Assembly: GCF_964204645.1 (NCBI RefSeq)
Contig: NC_134028.1
Span: 12,323,263 to 12,387,262, forward strand
DNA from: Tubulanus polymorphus
Lineage: Eukaryota > Animalia > Nemertea
DNA length: 64,000 nucleotides
Reading direction: 5' to 3'
In this document: piece by piece, positions 58,179 through 64,000 of the stretch
How positions within the stretch are numbered: position 1 is the first letter of the stretch
How the letters are laid out: the number at the start of each line of letters is the position of its first letter
The notes under the pieces: model-generated
What the model saw: the letters and a program-made list of their open reading frames with translations, nothing else
Databases searched by the model: none
What the model was told of the DNA's origin: nothing
Program-made: the position numbers and the translations under genes

Positions 58179-61100
58179 TTATTTAACAAAAAATTAATTA
58201 TTTGTTTTTTTATCAAATTCACTAACCCAAAAATAATTGCACTTACAACTGTAATTAAAAATAAAATAATATGTTCAGCAGCAAAGTTAAGAATATTCCC
58301 AGCAGATTTCAATATAAAACCAACAATTGATGCAATAACTCCGGGTAATGCTGCAGCAGATTTTTTAGATAGTTCCCATAAATATTTTGCTAATTTTTTT
58401 AAACCATCCTTAACTTTATCTTGTATAGAATTATTATCATTCGGGGGTTTATCTGGTTTATTTGGAGTAGGAGTAGATTTTAATGAATTTGATATGGCTA
58501 AACCAATTGTTGTAAATACCATAGTTACAGCTGTTAGAATTGAAAGAATTGTTATACCTTCTAACTTAAATAATAATTTTATTCTATCAAGTAACCCATT
58601 TTGTAAAAGTTTTTCAGTTTGAACTTCGGTTGATTTAAGTTTACTAGTTTTGGAATTAATAACTTCTTTAGGAATTGTTTCTGGTTCTAAATTTTCATTA
58701 ATTGTCTTCAAAAAATCATCATTTCTTCATTTAAATTCTATTCTATCTAGAGTTATCTCTTCTTCTGTAACATCAGTTATAACATAATTATTGATTTTCT
58801 TAATTCTAGATTGTTCTAATTTAATTAAAGTTGATTTTGTTATTATTTTATCAAGACTTTTATTAGAAGATATCTTAGAATAATAATCATCTTTCAAATG
58901 CCAATAATAATCACCATTTAAATATTTCAAATCTTTCACTAAATAATTCATACCTTAATTTGTTATACTGAAACCAGATTTTTTTAATGTTGGTTTAAAT
59001 TTATCAGTTAATTCTTCATATTCTAATTCTTTTTTTAATAACCCTGGATTTTCATTTTCAATATCCAATCTTGAACGTGCTTTATTAACATATTCATTAG
59101 TATCAGGTCTTACTAAATTAGAATTATGTGCTGTTTCATTATCGTTACTAAAACTTGTTTCATCAAAATCAGGTGGTTGTTCATCACTTATACCAGGAGC
59201 GTCATCTAAAGGATCCAATGGAATATCTACTTTTGCCATTTATATAATAAAAAAATTTAAAATATAATATTCCTCCGATTACAATTCCTATACAAGTTAT
59301 AGCTAATTTAGCATTTTCATGGGATTTATCATCATCATTTAGTTTAATTATTTCACCGTGTGGGTGCCATATCACCATTATCATGTTGAATATTGTGCCG
59401 TACGGCACCATCTTCTGATGTATTATAATCTTTTATTTTAGAATCATTATTTAATTTAATATTCTTAGTTTTAGTTTCTGTTGATTGAATATGTTTTTTA
59501 TTTTTTTAACCTTCCATTAATTTTGGAGCAGTAATAATCTTTTTATTTATATCATTCAATCTTAATTAGATTATTATAACCAATTATATTTTTCCATCGT
59601 TAATACAAAATCATTAGAAATAATTAATAGATTAGGGCCTATACAATAATTTAATCTTATATGTGATTTATCTAAATAATTTTGATATCTTACAATGTTT
59701 TCTGGAATCGATCTATTTTTATCATTATGAATTGAATCTTCAAATAATAGTTTGAATTGTTTCTGTGTATCAAATGATGTATTTAAATTTCCAATTATTG
59801 GGGATCTTGTTTCAACTTGTGCACCTAAAATACATATCAAATAAGTTCTAATAGATTGATTTATTCTCTGTATTCCAGCTTTAGTAAAACCTTCACTATT
59901 TTCTAAAATGAAATTAATCCAACCATTATTATTATCAATTTTATAATTATGATAAGCTATAATCAATATGCATATAATCAATTATTTTTATTTCATACTG
60001 TTCACCAATACCTTGCAATTTACCATGAGCTCTAAAATCGGATTTAATATTCATATTAAATTCATTACATATTTTATAAAACTTAGATAGATTAATATTA
60101 TTGTTTAATTCTTTAAAATATTTAGATCCAGGCAAAGGACATTCTAATTCATTTAATATAATTCTAATTTGAAAATATGTGTGAAATCTAAATATTGTGT
60201 GAATTAATTTTAATTCAGAATAATTTAAATTTTTATCTAAGTTATTTAAATGATCATTCCAACTTATACCACAACCAGTTGTTGCACAATAAACAGCAAA
60301 ATTTAGTTGATTCTGCCAATATTTCATATATGATTTTACATTATATATATGATATTCATCTCGAGTAAAAGTAACTTCATATGTATTAAATATATTTTCC
60401 ATTTTAGAAATAAAGAACTAAAGAACTGTGATTCAGTAACATAAATTTCTAAATCAGTTAATGAATTTAAAACAAAATTTTTATATGTAATATTTTTGTT
60501 AAAATCTATTGCAGGAATATTATATTTAATTGATTTATTATATTGGAAAGCTTTTGGAAACCCCATTTATATAATAAAAAAATTAATAATCAATTAATTC
60601 TTTTAATAATTTATCTTGTTCTTCAACTGTTATATGGCCATTTAAACTTATTATATAATCTAGTGTATTTTTCAATGTATTAATTTCTTTTATATTAGTT
60701 TTAATTTTTTCTTTATTACTTTTTATATTTAATTTTTAACTTATACCAGTTAAAACACTTGACCTTAAACCTAACACGCCAATTGATATAGCTAAAGGTG
60801 TTAATGGACTGAATATTGCTAGAAATGTTATTACAGAACTAAATGTAATTGAACCACTAATAATAAAATAATATATAATTTTAATTTTTAAATATTTTTC
60901 TTTTTTATCTTTAAATCACTTTCGAATTCTAATATTTGTTTTTCCAAATATATTTTTAATTTAGAATTATTTATATTCTGAGGAATAATACCAATATAAT
61001 CAACTTTATCATCCATTTATTTAGCAAAAAAATTACTAATTAGTAAATTTATATGCTACAAATATAACAATAACTGTTCCATTTAAAATCGGAATTATTT

Positions 61101-62066
61101 CATATTTCTGTTGTTCTTTACTTGGGGTATAATAATCTGATAATCTAGGTTTGTATAGATGTAATTTTTCTTTATTGGTTACCGCGTTATATAAACTCAT
61201 TGCATCATCAACTGATTGAAAAACTCTATGTGAAATCTTCTGATCATATAATATCATATAATTCCTTGTTAATATAATCCATATAGTTTTGTCTTTTTTC
61301 TCTATATTCTTCTGCAGCTTTATTATATTTTTCTAATGCTAAGTTATGTCTTTTTTTGTTCTGATAATGAACTATTTTTATCAATATGCTTAAACAAATA
61401 ACCACCACCAGTCAATGCTAAAGCGTTAACAATTGCCGATCCTATAATAGTTATAATTGCACAAGCCATTTATTTAGCAAAAAAATTATGCACTTCTTAT
61501 ATGGGAGGAATATATTTTTGTTTTTCCAAATAATCAATAGTTAAATTAGATAAAGTAACTGCTAATGTTAATTTTAAAATATCATTTATATCAAATCTAT
61601 CAACATTAACACTTCCAATTTTAAATACTTTTTTTAATACCATTGTATAACCAACAGTTATATAATCATTATATAATCCAGTTATTATCCACTTATTATC
61701 ACTCATTTATTAATTTAAAAAAATTACCATCTTCAAAATATTTAGTTATCTTAGTGATGATTATTTCAACATTTATTTCATTACTAGTTTCATTTGTATA
61801 TATTTCAATTATTATTTTTTTAATATCATCGATAATAAAATCTTCATCTAATTCATAAAATCTTAAAGATTCTCTTATTAATATTAGTAATCTTTCCTAC
61901 ATTTAAAGTTCCTTTATCTATTGTTTTTTTCATACTCAAATGTTGTTTCATTAGAAAATACAATATTTTTAATATGTGTAATTACATCAGTAATGTTAAA
62001 TTTCATTTCTTTCTCACGTTTAAAATCAAATCAAAAACATATGCTCGGCCCAACAGTTATATTCAT
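58175..62066 (-). pseudogene. Copy 3 homologs of the 480-, 462-, 144-, 140-, 73- and 113-aa genes, mostly disrupted
   Basis: ORF fragments collinear with copy 2 (starts near 59239, 60566, 61016, 61469, 61706 and 62066). Confidence 0.8.
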
Positions 62067-62082
62067 TTATATATCAAAAAAA

Positions 62083-62838
62083 TTACTCTTTACATCTTAT
62101 AACTAATTCATAAATTACAGGAAAGTTATTCAAATCAATTAAGTATCCATTGTGATTTCTTACTTCTAATTTGAAATTATTGAAATGTGGAATACAAGGT
62201 TTAAAATCACATTCAGCTAAATTATAATTTATTTGAGTTCCAAATTGTTTAACATTCTTCAATGGTAAAATATTTAATATACTAGAATTACAAATTGTAT
62301 CTTTAGTTGCTTCAAATGTTTTTGTAGGATCAATTAAATTACAATAAATATAAAAGTGTGTAAAAGTCATTAAATTTGTATAAGTTTCGATACTTGAATA
62401 ATCTCTATCTGGAAGAATTCCAGACAGTTTAGCTAAGGGTTTTCTTACTAGAAATCTATGTTGTTCATTAGTTAACTTTATTCTTACTTTATTCGAACTA
62501 TTACTTTTAATAAATTTAATTTCAAATCTAGCAGCTGCACCCATTTTTAAACGAGCTCTTCTATTAATTTCTTGCGCTAATGTTTTTAAATTATATAATC
62601 CTGGTTTTAGATGAGGATGAACCCATTTATTCAAATTTCTAACATGAATTTTAAAAGCTAAATGATCAAGAATTTTATTCGATATATTATGAAAAGAATT
62701 ACATAAACTTACATAAACTAATTTCAAATCTACATAATTCTTAAATTCTCTATTTATTTGTATTAGTAAATTATGTGATTTGTAATTTGTAAGTTTTCTA
62801 GAATCAACAAATATTCTGTATTCTTTTAATTCTACCAT
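62083..62838 (-). CDS. Minor capsid (penton) candidate, copy 3
   Basis: Intact 251-aa homolog of 44177-44935. Confidence 0.78.
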   Translation of the reverse strand: MVELKEYRIFVDSRKLTNYKSHNLLIQINREFKNYVDLKLVYVSLCNSFHNISNKILDHLAFKIHVRNLNKWVHPHLKPGLYNLKTLAQEINRRARLKMGAAARFEIKFIKSNSSNKVRIKLTNEQHRFLVRKPLAKLSGILPDRDYSSIETYTNLMTFTHFYIYCNLIDPTKTFEATKDTICNSSILNILPLKNVKQFGTQINYNLAECDFKPCIPHFNNFKLEVRNHNGYLIDLNNFPVIYELVIRCKE

Positions 62839-62906
62839 TATTTATAACATAAAAAAATTACCGCTCATCACTAAAAATTAATTTTGATAACATTTTTCCT
62901 AAATAA

Positions 62907-64000
62907 ATGGATGAGAAGATTTTGTGGTGAACTTCAAAGAAAAAGTAATATGGCTCGACATATGAAAAAACATGATGAAAATTATAAACCCCCTAAAATA
63001 AACTGCCCAAATTGTAATAAATTATTCTCAAGAAATTATGTTAAACAACATTCAGAGAAGTGTAAAATTAATGACACAACGGTTAATGTTGATAGTAACG
63101 AAATGAAACGAAAGTAATAGTGATTCTGTTGAAGTTGAACCTGAAATTATTTGGAAAAGACCTTTCTTATTCTATGATAAGGATAATATAAAAGATCATT
63201 TCTGTGAGCCTTGTCGAATAAAATATAACCCTGAAAATATAGAGGATTGGGAGAATCATCAATTTCGTTAAGTACATATAGATAAAATTTCTAATAAATT
63301 TGAAACAGAATTCAATGAAAGAAAAAATAGTTTATTAGAAAAGATAAAATATGAGAAAACGTTACCAGATAATAAAGAAACAGTTGAAAAGTTAGAAAAA
63401 CAATATAATGAATTAGTAAGAAAAACATATTATTGTAAATATTGTAAATTGATTATTACAACAAGTAATTTAAATCTACATAATAGAACAATAAAACATA
63501 AAGAAAACGTAAATAAATACCAAGAGCTAAATGAAGATCTATTACCAAGAATTGATAGAAAAAATGCCCACAATGTATTTATGAGTACTTTAGACAAGAA
63601 GGTCCTGTGATATTTTGTAATGAATGTGGATGGCAAAAGAATTTATGGGGTATTGAAAAAACTAGAGATATTCTTATAGAACCAAAATCAAAATATCTAG
63701 ATGAAATTTTCAAGATATTTTCTATGGAAGATCATACACCAGAATATAAGCAATGGCTTGAAAAAAAAGGAAAATGATAGAAAATAAAAATGGTGAAATA
63801 ACTAAGAAAGATATAATAAAAACAATTATTCCATCAACATGTAACACAAAAGAAAAGAAAATGTATTTATATTTATTATTTAACGATTATTATAAAAAAA
63901 CCTAAATTAACAGAAGAAGATATGGAAAATATAAAAGAAACATTCAAAAAAATATTAAGAAATTATGTGGATAATAAAATAACAGATTCAATTAATTATG
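62907..64000 (+). pseudogene. Zinc-finger/VLTF3-like gene, copy 3 (frameshifted, cut by the window end)
   Basis: Homolog of 45004-46302. Confidence 0.7.

Larger units (their letters stand above)
54638..64000 (-). mobile_element. Polinton/Maverick-like copy 3 (degraded, continues past the window end)
   Basis: Partial TIR TTTCATACCAGAGTACGAGACACC, then the same gene order as copy 2 up to the VLTF3-like gene. Confidence 0.92.

Noticed and set aside
17423-64000. Poxvirus early terminator TTTTTNT signals
   Set aside because: Too frequent by chance at this AT content to be informative by eye.

Overview
Eukaryotic, most likely animal (invertebrate-type), repeat-rich genomic DNA with no recognisable host gene. 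Bases 1-17.4 kb hold decayed host transposons: two intron-containing hAT transposase elements, nested MITEs, Helentron/HINE-like repeats, a 5'-truncated CR1/L2-type LINE and a 30-bp minisatellite. Bases 17.4-64 kb are a cluster of one AT-rich Polinton/Maverick-like virus family (unit about 17 kb). It comprises copy 1 (17423-~34026, +, degraded), copy 2 (34908-51803, -, mostly intact), copy 3 (~54638 to window end, -, degraded) and several fragments inserted into one another. The element encodes protein-primed PolB, RVE integrase with chromodomain, packaging ATPase, candidate major and minor capsid proteins and many small membrane proteins, but no recognisable stand-alone adenain protease. Three features stand out. 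(i) A 355-aa intein with a LAGLIDADG homing endonuclease splits the catalytic YFD/TDA motif of PolB, lacks the usual C-terminal histidines and appears to diverge together with its target site. (ii) There is a poxvirus/NCLDV VLTF3(A2)-like late transcription factor, and nearly every gene starts at a poxvirus-late-like TAAATG. (iii) A separate ~40-bp promoter is shared by the replication and regulatory genes. Together these suggest an animal-integrated, virophage-like element tied to a large cytoplasmic DNA virus (inference). All protein assignments come from motif recognition by eye; no database searches were run.
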